A stretch of DNA of 64,000 nucleotides from Camelus dromedarius (lineage: Eukaryota). The DNA is taken from contig NC_087436.1 in the NCBI RefSeq assembly GCF_036321535.1, forward strand, positions 49,354,001 to 49,418,000, given 5' to 3'. Position 1 is the stretch's first letter. Each line of letters starts with the position of its first letter. A model generated the notes under the pieces. The model saw only the letters and a list, made by a program, of their open reading frames with translations. It was not told where the DNA came from and made no database searches. A program made the translations under genes and the position numbers. Below are positions 51,534 through 62,832 of the stretch, piece after piece.

Positions 51534-52586
51534 TGCAGGGGATTGTTTTATTTTGTTTTTAGAGATGGCTGCAGCAATATTTCCTACTTTACAGGCTCTT
51601 TTGCAATATAATCTTGCTATTTATCCATCAAGAGGTAGAGTTTGTTTCTCTTCCCCTTGAATCTTGGTTGGTCTGTGGCAATTTTGTTCAACAATATTGA
51701 CAGAAGTGATGCTGTGTAACTTGTGAGGCTGAGCTTTAAAATATCTTCAGCTGCTATTACTTACAACAGCCAAGACATGGAAGTAACCTAAATGTCCATC
51801 AACAGATGACTGCATAAAGAAGATGTGGTAAATATACTTACAATAGAATATTACTCAGCCATAAAAAATGAAATATTGCCATTTGCAGCAACATGGATGG
51901 GCCTAGAGATTATCATACTAAATGAAGAAAGTCAGGCAGAGAAAGACAAATACTACATATCACTTACATGTGGAATCTTAAAACATTATACAAATGAACT
52001 TATTTACAAAACAGAAATAGACTCACAGGCATAGAAATCAAACTCATGGTTACCAAAGGGGAAAGGGGGCGGGAGAAATTAGGAATTTGGGGATTAACAG
52101 CTACACACTACTATATATAAAATAGATAACAAGGATTTACCGTATAGAATGTGGAACTATATTTGATATCTTATAATAACCTATAATAGAAAAGAATCTA
52201 AAACTGCACATCTGAAACTAACAGAATATTGCAAATCAACTACAGCTTAATAAATACAATTAAAAAAAAAAACTTCATCAGCTACTTTTGTTGCTTGGAA
52301 CCCAGCCACCATGTTGTGGGGAAGCTCAGGTAGCCCCATAGAGAGGCCCATGTGAAGGAGAACCAAGTGCCCGGGCTGAAAGCACCAGTTGAGTTCCTGG
52401 TTGTAGGCTGCTGGTCATGTGAAGGAAGGCATTTGGTATCTTCCACTTGCCTTTGTGCCCAAGACAACATTACATGAAGCAGAAGAATTATCCAATGAAA
52501 CCGCAGAATAAAGAGAAATTATGAATCTTTGTTGCTTTAAGCTACTGAGACTGGGGAAGTTTTGCCATGCAGCAGTATATACTGCA
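51534..52586 (+). mobile_element. MLT1 (F/H-like) MaLR solo LTR, interrupted by L1
   Basis: TG...CA ends with 5-bp TSD AGTGC/AGTGT; CCATCAAGAGGTAGAG...CCCCTTGAATCT...GGAACCCAGCCACCATGTTGTGGGGAAGC...TTGTTGCTTTAAGCTACTGAG. Confidence 0.8.
51756..52270 (+). mobile_element. L1 3' end nested in the MLT1 LTR
   Basis: AGCCAAGACATGGAAGTAACCTAAATGTCCATCAACAG...A-tail; degenerate TSD TC(T/A)TCAGCT(G/A)CT. Confidence 0.9.
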
Positions 52587-52889
52587 AGTGTTTACTATGT
52601 GCCTGTCACTGGGCTAGTTGAAAAAAAAACAACACATTCCCTTTCAAGAAACAAAGAGAATTAATAGTCTAGTGGGAGATACCTACATATTAACTGTGCA
52701 TATAGTATATGGGGATAAATTCAATAGCAGCATATTCATGTGCAGAGAGAACACAGTGATCAAGGTGATGAACACATTCTGGGTAATGAGGAAAGACTTC
52801 TAAGAGAAGGTAGCATTTAACCATGGTATATAAATAAGGCATTTTAAATTGAAGGAATTCTATGCACAAGTGTATGGAGGCGTGAGGTA

Positions 52890-53390
52890 GTATATGTATA
52901 TCACTTTGGACACATTTAATGGCCAATAACAGAAAATCTGAATCAAACTAAGTTAAGCTAAAATGGAAGACCTTGGTTCATACACATGAACAGCCTGGGG
53001 TAGACCTGGCTCCTGGTTCGGCTGTACAGTCTCAGATGAGGTCATCAGTACCCAGTTCTTTTCTCTCCATCATTTACTTTGCTTTTTCTTCTGTGTTGGC
53101 TTTATTCTTAGGGTTATCCCATCTGGTCTCTAGATGGCTGCCAGTAGAACCAGCGGTTACATAATTTCTGGGTTTGTGCATAATAGGAAAGCTTGAGAGT
53201 TTCTTTCCCAGGATTCCTGAAAAAATAAATCTTATCATGATCCCTGGGTTTGACTGGGTAGTGCCCATTCCTGGCAACAACTATGGCCTAATTGTGAGCA
53301 CTTAGCCTGGGAAAGGGAGAGGGGGTAGCTGCCCAGAGAAAACTTAGGATATGATTTCCAGAACCATTACAGGATATTTGGAAGTTTAAG
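52890..53390 (-). mobile_element. MLT1 (J/K-like) LTR
   Basis: AATAACAGAAAATCTGAATCAAACT...TGTGTTGGCTTTATTCT...GACTGGGTAGTGCCCATTCCTG. Confidence 0.6.
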
Positions 53391-54369
53391 CTACCTAATG
53401 TTTCTAGAGAGTGAAGTGGCTAGGGGTAAAAAAAAAAAAGAAAAAAGAAAAAAAAAAAAAAGAAAAAAGACTGGAAGTAAGGCTAGAGAATTAGGCATAG
53501 AAAGACCATCCAGGGCTTTATATATCTGACTAAGGAACTTAGTCCTTAATTTGTAGGTGGTATGAAGCCATTGAAAGAGCAGAGACATAACCTGCTTTCT
53601 AAAAGCCTGTCTTGACATCAGAGAAAAAGGTTTGGAATTAGTAAGGCTGCAGTCAGGGGGCCCAAGTGAGACACAGTTCAAATGATAGAGCCAACAGATT
53701 CTTGGGAAGTAGAATCAACTGGGCGTGAGAATTGCTTGGATGAGTGGAGGTGAAGGAAGCCTCCACAAGTGTGAACTGCACTGCAGTTCTGTCAGCCCTG
53801 GGCTTCCTGTTGTGTTAGAGAAGGTACTGGGAGGGCAGATGCTCAGGTGCATTAGTAGTACAAGCTACAGTCTCTGTTGTTTCAGTGGTCCTCAGACTGA
53901 AATTGACTTTCATCTTCTGCCTCTTCCACCTCTGGTACTAGATTTTTGTAATCCTTGGCTAACACTTAAGCTGGTTGAGGTTGCTTTTCTGGTTGGATCA
54001 AGGAACCTGAGTCCTTGGTTACTTTGTCCTTGTGAGAGGCTATGACGGCCCCAACTGCCAGTTAACTGTTATCACCAAGCATGGAAACACTACAGTATAC
54101 TATGAGACTCCAAGTTGAAGACACAGTCTTCTTTATCTCTATTTTGTACCAACTGTAAGACCTCAAGGGAATCAGATTTGAATATTCCTGTCAGTAGAGT
54201 ATCTTCTTTGCCAGTTGGTCCACTGACATAAGGAACTATAGTTTCTAGTTCAGTGGAATACTTACAATGTTTCCTGGTGGAAGAATTCCCTAATATCACC
54301 ACCCCTTTCAGAGTTCAGACCTCTCATCCAACAGAGCCTTAGACTACAGGGTATAAGAGCATAAGTTTT

Positions 54370-55145
54370 TTGTTTTTTTTTTAATTGAGTTATAATCAGT
54401 TTGCAATGTTGTGTCAATTTCCAGGGTAAAGCACAATTTTTCAGTTATACATGAACATACATAGATTTATTGACCCATTCTTTTTCACTGTGAGCTACCA
54501 CAAGATCTTGTATATATTTCCCTGTGCTATACAGTATAATCTTGTTTATCTATTCTACATATGCCTGTCAGTTTCTACAAATTTCGAACTCCCAGTCTGT
54601 CCCTTCCCACCCTCCTCCCCCCTGACAACCACAAATTTGTATTCTATGTCTATGAATCTATTTATTTTGTATTTATGTTCATTTGTCTCTTTCTTTCTTT
54701 CTTTCTTTTCTTTAGATTCCACATATGAGCAATCTCATATGGTATTTTTCTTTCTTTTTCTGGCTTACTTCACTTAGAATGACATTCTCCAGGGACATTC
54801 CATGTTGCTGCAAATGGTGTTATGTTTTCATTTTTATGGCTGAATAGTATTCCACTGTATAAATATACCACATCTTCTTTATCCAGTCATCTGTTGGTGG
54901 ACATTTAGGCTGTTTCCATGTCTTGGCTATTGTAAATTGTGCTGCTATGAACATTGGGGTGCAGGTGTCTTTTTGAAGTAGGGTTCCTTCTGAATATACA
55001 CCCAGGAGCAGGATTCCTGGGTCCTATGGTAAGTCTATTCCTAGTCTTTTGAGAAATCTCCATACTGTTTTCCACAATGGCTGCACCAAACTGCATTCCC
55101 ACCAGCAGTGTAGGAGGGTCCCCTTTTCTCCACAGCCTCTCCAGA
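54370..55145 (-). mobile_element. 5'-truncated young L1 nested in ERV-L
   Basis: Antisense L1 3' end and ORF2 C-terminus; TSD AAGAGCATAA(G/C)TTTT (54355-54369 / 55146-55160). Confidence 0.92.
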
Positions 55146-55414
55146 AAGAGCATAACTTTTGCAAGCACATTATTGGCAGTGATTGTGAGGGGTCAATCCT
55201 ACTGTTACTTCTTGGTGATAGTAATCCACTGCACAGGAGTGTCTATATACTCCTACTCAGGCCACTTCTCCCTCCATAAAAAGGGGGCAATAAAGTATAC
55301 TGATCAAAGCTCTGCCAAACAGCATTTCCCTTTCTTATTGTCCATGAGTGGAGCTGCAGCGAAGTGCAGGCCTTTTTGTCTCATGTCAACATATTGAGCA
55401 TTGAGCTGACTGTG

Positions 55415-55507
55415 AACAGGTCCAATAAGTATATATGTATATATGTATATATATACACATACATACATACATATATATATATAATGTAAATATGTGTGTG
55501 CATTTAT

Positions 55508-55538
<31 letters not shown>

Positions 55539-55921
55539 GGCAGGCAGACAGAGAGAGGAGATATTTTAAGGGATTGGTTCACACAACTGTCAGGGCAAGT
55601 CTGAAATCTGTAGGGCAGGTTGGCAGGCTGAAAATTCTGGCAGGAGTTGATGCTGCAGTCTTCCATATGTTGTTGTATGAAGGCCGTGCAGAGGTGGAAT
55701 ACCTTCCTTTACCAGGGAACTCAGTCTTTTCTCTTAAGGCCTTCAACAGATTGGATAAGACCCATCTACATTATGGAGGGTAACCTGCTTTACTCAAAGT
55801 CTACTGATTTACAGGTTAATTTCATCTAAAAAATACTCTCACAGCAACATGTAGATCAGTGTGTGACCAGCAACAGAGCACCACAGCCTAGCCAAGTTGA
55901 CACATAAAATTAACAATCACA
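55415..55921 (-). mobile_element. MLT2-type ERVL LTR with internal (TA)/(GA) simple repeats
   Basis: GGCAAGTCTGAAATCTGTAGGGCAGG...CTTAAGGCCTTCAACAGATTGGAT...CCTAGCCAAGTTGACACATAAAATTAACAATCACA. Confidence 0.9.
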
Positions 55922-55959
55922 ATTGTCTTTTCACTTTCTTGATGGTGATATTAATTTTC

Positions 55960-56262
55960 AAGTAAGTTATCATTGAGGGCAACTGGACCTTAAGCCCACT
56001 GGGGAACTTTTGGAGACTGTGAAACATAGTACTTACACCTTATCCCACTTAACGGCTGAGGGAGTGCTCACCAATTCTCATCAGCCACTAGTTGAGGGTT
56101 GCTCTTGGGAAGCACCTGGTACTTCTGGCCTTCCTCAGACCCTGGTGGCCAGTAAGACAGCTCTCAAGCACAAACCTGCAGTGCTGACAATTAGAAGTCA
56201 GGTCTATGGGCACAGAAATGGAAAAGAATAAGGTGTAAGGCACTGAGAGCATCTGTTTTACT
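55960..56262 (-). mobile_element. LTR16-like fragment
   Basis: GGGCAACTGGACCTTAAGCCCACTGGGGAAC...GTTGAGGGTTGCTCTTGGG...GCACTGAGAGCATCTG. Confidence 0.55.
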
Positions 56263-56399
56263 TATCAGATGTTGCAACTTTTTGTTAGTGACAGGGTTGC
56301 AAGGTGCAAAGGCTTGTCCTTTATCTCAGAGTGCATAAGGACATGTCTCAACATATGCCATATCATTGGCTCCCTAAATATCTTCAAAATATGTGGTTC

Positions 56400-56812
56400 A
56401 ATGGATGGACTTAGAGATCGTCATTCTAAGTGAAGTAATCCAGAAAGAGAAAGAAAAATACCACATGATATCACTCATATGTGGAATCTAAAAAAAAAAA
56501 AAAAAAAGAAAAAAGAAAGAAAGAAAAAAGAGGACACTAATGAACTCATCTATAAAACAGACTCACAGACATAGTAAACAAGCTGTGGTTACTGGGGGAA
56601 AGGAGGTGGGAAGGGATACGTTTGGGAGTTTGAGATTTGCAAATGTTAGCCACTATATATAAAAACAGATAAAAAAAATTTCTTCTGTATAGCACAGGGA
56701 ACTATATTCAATAGCTTATAATAACCTTTAATTAAAAAGAATATGAAAATGAATATATGTATGTATATGCATGACTGGGACATTATGCTGTACCAGAAAT
56801 TGATACATTACA
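56400..56812 (+). mobile_element. L1 3' end nested in ERV-L pol
   Basis: ATGGATGGACTTAGAGATCGTCATTCTAAGTGAAG...TAGCACAGGGAACTATATTCAA...GCTGTACCAGAAATTGA. Confidence 0.9.
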
Positions 56813-56910
56813 CTATTCAGATTCAGAATCCCTGAATCTCTGTAACTTTTATCTCCGACTTTCTGTATGGATGGTCTTACTATGCAATCAACTACTTACT
56901 ACTTCCCATT

Positions 56911-57051
56911 CATCATAATGTCATCAATATAGCAGACCAGCATAACGTTCTGCAGAATGTTGATACGATCCACTTCCCCGCGTACTACACTTTGATAGAG
57001 AACAGGAGAAATGATGCAGCCCTGGAATAAGGCAGTGAATGTGTACTGCTG
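56911..57051 (-). pseudogene. ERV-L reverse transcriptase catalytic-core remnant
   Basis: Hand translation gives QQYTFTALFQGCIISPVLYQSVVRGEVDRINILQNVMLVCYIDDIMM, against recalled HERV-L [29 protein letters not shown]...LVHYIDDIML. YIDD is at 56931-56920. Confidence 0.92.
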
Positions 57052-57813
57052 ATCTTAACACATAAACGTGCATTGCTTTGCTCCTTGTTATTGATGAAAA
57101 AAACATGTTCCCCAGATTAATAGCTATGTACCAAGCACCACCATTTGATCAACAAGCGGTGATCAGTTCCAGTAAAGATGTCACATTTCATATAGAAATA
57201 CAATTGTGGCTCTTGTTTGGTAATGTCCTGGCCATCAGCTACAATGATGTTAACTAGACAGGATATGAGGACCATCATACTCGTGTCCTTTACATTGTGA
57301 TTATAGCATTAACCTTGCATTTTCATATGGAGTGTGGTATTGCTTCTGATTTGTTATTGTGGCTGGGTAGGGGTGGTGTCAAAACCTTATTCTTGGCCTT
57401 TCAAATAATAATGACTCATTGCACAATTCAGGGAACCACCTGAATGTTTATTAGCTGCTGAATATATCCACCCCAATTACACCCTCAGGGACAAGGGAAA
57501 TAACAACAGAATGGGTCAGTGGACCAATTGTGAGATAATGTTTGGTCAAGATTCATCTGATTTCAAAAGCCCTGCTCTAACTAGGGTAGCAGGGATAAGG
57601 GCATTTCATGCCTCCCTGTATTTTTGTTAATCTAGAAGCACATCTAATAATCCTTGAAAGGTCAGAGTGCTCCTCCTTCTTTAGTGCACAATTTCCCCTG
57701 GTAAATAGGCACAGGTTTTTTGGTAATGAATTGGTGAGATGTTTACCGAGTATGTTTATTAAAGCAGTATGTATGATAAACATCCCTTAAGGAGATATTC
57801 AAGGATCTTTCTT

Positions 57814-57937
57814 TTTTTTTTGAGGAGGGGGGTAATTAGGTTCATTTATTTATTTATTTTAACGGCAGTACTGAAGATTGAGCCCAGGACCTCATGCATG
57901 CTAAGCATGTGCTCTACCACTGAGCTATACTCTCCCC
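57814..57937 (-). mobile_element. Vic-1-type SINE nested in ERV-L
   Basis: GGGGGTAATTAGG...GTACTGAAGATTGAGCCCAGGACCTCATGCATGCTAAGCATGTGCTCTACCACTGAGCTATAC.CTCCCC. Confidence 0.9.
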
Positions 57938-60869
57938 TCTTTAAGTATCTTGCTTAAGGATGGCCTTTCTCCCTCTCAGTGATTGGCTCTTTGAGAACAG
58001 GATCTGACTGTAAAGCTGGTTGAATAGTTGTGATTTTCCACTATGGAGGCTGACATCAGCTCTTTGCTCATTAGCCCTTGATTTCTGTCTGTAGTCAGAT
58101 GACCATCTGTGTCACTCCTAGAAACACCATGGTCAAGGTATCTTGATTGCTATTTTGGATTTGATGCCCATTATGGTAAACACTTTTACCTTGCCTCTGA
58201 CTTTTAAATGCTACAACCTGGTCTCTGATTTTTTGGAATTCTGCCATCCCCATTGGCACAATGGAAATTAATTCCACCACAGTGTCAATTCCTACTATTT
58301 ATCCTGGCTTACAGAGAAGAGGAAGCACTGAAATTCTCAAAGATAAAACAGAATCTTATAAAAAAAAAGTTTTTTCTTTATTGTCTTAGAAATGGGTATA
58401 TCCTCTGGGCCCTCCTGCAAAACACAGCTAGGGTAAGTTTTCTTTCCCTTTTTCATGAGCCTTCCAAATCCTTTTTCAATACTCTGCCAAGGCAGTTCCA
58501 TTATCTTCACCTTTATAGGCCATAATTGTGACTAAGCTTTAGGAAGACATCCTAGCTCTGTGTCAGGACTGGGTTCTGGTGTTCCTGCCAAGACACTAAA
58601 TCCTGAGTCATGGAAGAGTATGTCATTGTCAATAAATCTCCCCTATTTAGGTTTATATCCCCATCTTAACCCTCAAAATCCACTCCCACACATATCCTTC
58701 CAATACTTGCCAATACATATAAGCTAGTATTATGTGTTTTTTGTAAAAAAGCTATTTTCTTTTGGAGCAGGGATTGCATTTCCCTACTCAGTGAATACTG
58801 GGTCATGCCCATTGTGACTGGTTTGTGTATTATATCGGGGGTGGGTATGGTGGGTCCTAAGGAGGCAACATCATCTTTCTAGGCATCTGCTCAGGTGAGG
58901 TCTCTACAAGGTCTTCAGGTGAGGGACATTCTACTCCTCTAGCAGGGGGAGGGAGCTGCTTCAGCCAATCTGGTGACTCCAGGAGAACTTGGGAGTTCAA
59001 TCTTCTTAAATGAGTCTACCCAAATGTCTCCATATCAGGACTCAGGACTTCACTACTTTTCTATTACGGCTGTATCTTCAGCTTAGGAGAGCTCTCAACA
59101 TTGTACACCCCACCTCTTCATAAGTTTAGCTCTTTGGCCTGACTTGCAGCAGAGGCCACCCTCTGATTATGTGAGTGAAGGTCTGTTTGAACCCTTCTGT
59201 GGAAGCTTTATGATATTCACAGTGGGCACTGAGTTGACAGCTGACGTGACGCTGGTATTTTATTTCTACTCCATATTCTATTCAAATTTTTCAAGGTTTT
59301 TAAGACATTTAACAAAAGCCATTCAATTTCATAATCCTTGTAATTACCATCGCCCCGTATCATTCAGTGCAATGCTTTTCCTTTCATTTTATCATACTGC
59401 GGGGTCTTAGTAACTGAATGCTGCATCATGTTGGGTCTTATCACCATCCTACTTACCATCAGTAATTACATAATTAGTGTCATCTAAATGGAGACAGTCC
59501 AGCCAAAGAATCTCATTTGGACGGTTTGCTTTCCAGGACCATTCCTGGCACCAAATGCCTTTGGGTTTCCCTAAAAGCAGTGGCTGAGATAAAAATCTTG
59601 GGTACAGGCAGTTAATTTGGGAAGTGATCCTACAAAGCCAGAGTGGCCAAGTAAGAAGAATAAGATGGTACAGGAGGAAGAGACATGGCAAGGTGCTTTA
59701 TTCAGGTCAGTGCTCTGGGCAACAAGGGACTTTTGAGAAGAACAAAGAATGCCTCTAGGAATTAGCCATCTGAAGGGTGGAAGACAAGCATTTATCTACT
59801 GACTTCCCCATTGTGGACTGCCCTTGCTTAATAGGGCAAGCCAGCTCCTATGGCTTTATAGGAGGCCCTGAGGGCAGAACACAGAAGACATGCCACAGCA
59901 GGCACTTGGGGTGGGAGTTTAGAAGCAGGAGCTGAGTTAGAATTATTCACAATAATTACAGCTCCTATTGAAATGGGAAGGCGAAGATGGAAGGACTTAG
60001 GAAGGATGTCTAGGCTAACAACACAGATGTGAAAATTATGCAGAGGTGATACTGAAAACATAAGAGCAAATGAGATCATCAAAGAGGTGGAGAACACAAA
60101 AGAACTAACCTATTTTTAAGAGGATGGGGGAAGAGGACTAGGGAAAGAAGACAGAAGTGATCTGATCTAAAAATTAAAAAGTGTTTCCTTAACTCTTTAT
60201 TCTCTACTTGAAGAATATTATATAATTTTATAATTGCCTTAAAAAAAAAGGAATTGATCTGAGATGTATGAGAATCAGGAAGGCATGGTAGCATGGAAAA
60301 CAAAAGAGGAGGAATTTCTCAAAGGAGAAGTTGGTCAGCATCTTCAAATACCAGAGACAAATCCAATACAATATGTGCTCAAAAATATTCACTGTGTTTA
60401 TCAATACGCAGGTCGCTTCAACCACTGTGTTTGTAAGTTTCAGTAAGGTGGTAAGGGCAGAAGCCAGGGCACGGCGGGTTAGTGAATCAGCTGAGAGGGA
60501 GCAGAAACAATGACTGTGCTTCCCTGAGATGTGAAGTGGAGGTGCCATGTTCAGGATGAACAAGAAGGGGAGAGATTCCTTCTCAGGTGGGTATTCAGAA
60601 GCTGGGAATTAGTCACCTCGCAGATTTCGCTTCTTTCTTAAAGACTAATTTGACTAGTTACTCTAATTTTTGTAGAGGAGTTAGTTCTTGAGCCTATTTA
60701 TGGGAGATTCAGCTGCTTTAGGAAATGCCATCCTTGTACTGATCTCACCACTTCCTCTTACAAAAGGACAGACTTGGGTTACAACTCGTTTGTGTTCTAC
60801 TCTAACCACCAGGATTCAAGTGAGGGCCAGGGGTGTTGTCCGGAGCCTGGAAACAGGAGGAAAAAGTGA

Positions 60870-61370
60870 TTAAAATAAACACAAAGCTTGTTTACATATT
60901 CACAGGAAACTTCCCACGACCTATTAAAATGGAAACAAAGAGATCAGATTCAAGAAAGGGAGGCAAAAGTTGAATTTCTCTTACTCCATGGAGGCCAATT
61001 TTCTTTACAGTAAAAAGCCCTGCGAAAGGAAATTAGCCAAATGCACTACTGTTTTCTCTGGCTGCCAGCTTTTCAGCATCCGGTCACATTGCTGCGCTGA
61101 TTTTCCCCCTTATTACAGGCAGGCGGGAGCTTGAAATTCCCCGCTGAAGCAGAGGGCATCCGGGCAGATGCGTATCGTGGGCAATTGCAGTGTGACTCAC
61201 ACGGGGAGGCTGGGGATCTTGGGAGTTGAACTGAGGACAAAAGGGGAGGGATTTCCCTTCCCTGGACTGGTCTCCGGGTCTCTTTACACACCCCGTTCAT
61301 CACGTAAGCTTACTGCTTGGCTACAGAGTGCCCCGCGGAGAGAGATTATGAGGCCGTAGGGAAAGTTAGT
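60870..61370. promoter_or_regulatory. Candidate distal enhancer (NF-kB / AP-1 / FOX motif cluster, CpG-retaining)
   Basis: GGAAACTTCCC 60905-60915, GAAATTCCCC 61133-61142, GGGATTTCCC 61248-61257, TGACTCA 61193-61199, TGTTTAC 60889-60895; ~14 CpGs in ~280 bp of apparently non-repetitive DNA. Confidence 0.5.
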
Positions 61371-62054
61371 GCTTGTTGCTTTTTTCCTTTCCTAACTTCT
61401 TTGACTTTGTGCTTTACTGTGCTCTTCCTGTTGTTTTTTCCCTGAAGCTCCCCAACCTTAGTTGTGAGCTTATAAGAAATTTTATAGGTAAGATTGGTGA
61501 CGATGATGCCACTACTTATAATATAAAGAGTAATTATTACTGAGGAGTCCCAAGAAATATGTGGATCTTAATCTTCAGAATACTCGTTAGGAGACAGCAG
61601 GAGATATTATTCGGATTCAGACTGACATCCAATTACAGGAAAAGCTGGGGAGGCGGCTTCCCCCTTACTTCCCTCCTTTCCCTTTTCCTCCCCTTTCTCC
61701 CTTTTGCCCCTCCCTTTCTTTTCCATTCTTACTCTTCTTAACACTACCAGGTCTGCCCTGATCACCTGCTTTTCTCACAGGGCTTTTTATGAGATTATGC
61801 AACACATAGGAAACTATTTTAAATTTCATAAAATCCGATGGCATTGTTTTATGATTATGATGCTCACTCTTGTGCTCTTTTGGAATGAAGATCAAAGATG
61901 GTATCACTGATGGAAACACAGCACTGACAGGTGAATATTTCTTTCTTTTACCCTGCACGTGAAACCGAAGGAGAACGAGTAGTGGATATTGATTGTTAAC
62001 CAGTTGTTGATGACAGCGGTCATTCTTCTGCCCCAGTTCTACCTGTATCAGGCC

Positions 62055-62060
62055 GTGTGT

Positions 62061-62098
<38 letters not shown>
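62055..62098. repeat. (GT)n microsatellite, one interruption
   Basis: Direct reading. Confidence 0.95.
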
Positions 62099-62099
<1 letters not shown>

Positions 62100-62705
62100 T
62101 AGATCTACATTTATATTTCTATCTATCACAGATTTTTTTGATTCTTAGTCATAAATTACATTGGGTTCCTCAAACTGTTTACTGATTCGTTGAGGCCACC
62201 ACCACCACTTGAAGAGTAACTGTGACCTTCCTTTTTGGTCTCATCTTCCTTTTCTAACAATTCTCAGTGCACTTACAAAAAGATCAGCTCCTGCCCTGCT
62301 TCTGACAGAACAAATGGGCTGGTCTGTTTCTCTCGAGTCCAGAACTCCTGGAGCATCTCTGGAGCTTCCCTCAGTTTCTGAGATCATAGTTACTTTTCCT
62401 TTATTTCTGAACATTCAATGAGGAAGGCATTAATCCTTCAGCACATGATACAATATACTTTTAGGATACTAGGTGCCATCAAGTACCAGATTCAAAGCTG
62501 ATTAGTTAATACACAAGAGGGCTTCTGGAAGATGCTGGGACTGTTCACGCGGACATATGGGCCATCCACGGCAGCTCACATCTCAGGACCACGTGGAAGT
62601 CTGGCACATACTTGTCAGGTGAACACTGTTGGCCTGTTATTCTTGTGAGATATTCTATTATCTCGTATGGCTGAGATGCTTGCTTCTTGCTTCCAGGACA
62701 TTATT

Positions 62706-62832
62706 TGGGGATTTTTTTTTTTTTTTTTTGGTTGGGGAGAGGGAGGCAATTAGGCTTGTTTGTTTATTTATTAACCGAGGCATCTCGTGCATGCTAAGAA
62801 CGCACTCTACCACTGAGCTACACCCTTCCCCA
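62706..62832 (-). mobile_element. Vic-1-type SINE with internal deletion
   Basis: GGGAGGCAATTAGG...CTCGTGCATGCTAAGAACGCACTCTACCACTGAGCTACACCCTTCCCC; TSD GGACATTATT (62696-62705 / 62835-62844). Confidence 0.88.

Larger units (their letters stand above)
53775..60025 (-). mobile_element. Decayed ERV-L (HERV16/LTR16-like) provirus: 5' LTR ~59556-60025, PBS, gag-pro-pol remnants
   Basis: LTR16-like LTR followed on the minus strand by PBS-like TTTGGTGCCAGGAATGGTCC (~59555-59536); RT motif at 57051-56911; downstream RT remnant EIKDKPLHLA near 56300; integrase/3' region at ~53870-55410. Confidence 0.8.
51485..60520 (-). mobile_element. L2 LINE broken into pieces (~51485-51533, 52587-52890, 53400-53770, 60026-60520) by later insertions
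   Basis: The L2 tail CATTCATTCA..TTATTAAGTG joins TTTACTATGTGCCTGTCACTGGGCTAG across the MLT insert; colinear antisense L2 motifs resume after each insertion. Confidence 0.6.

Noticed and set aside
61665..62129. 154-aa ORF
   Set aside because: Runs through a (CA)n repeat and a purine tract, with no recognisable protein features.
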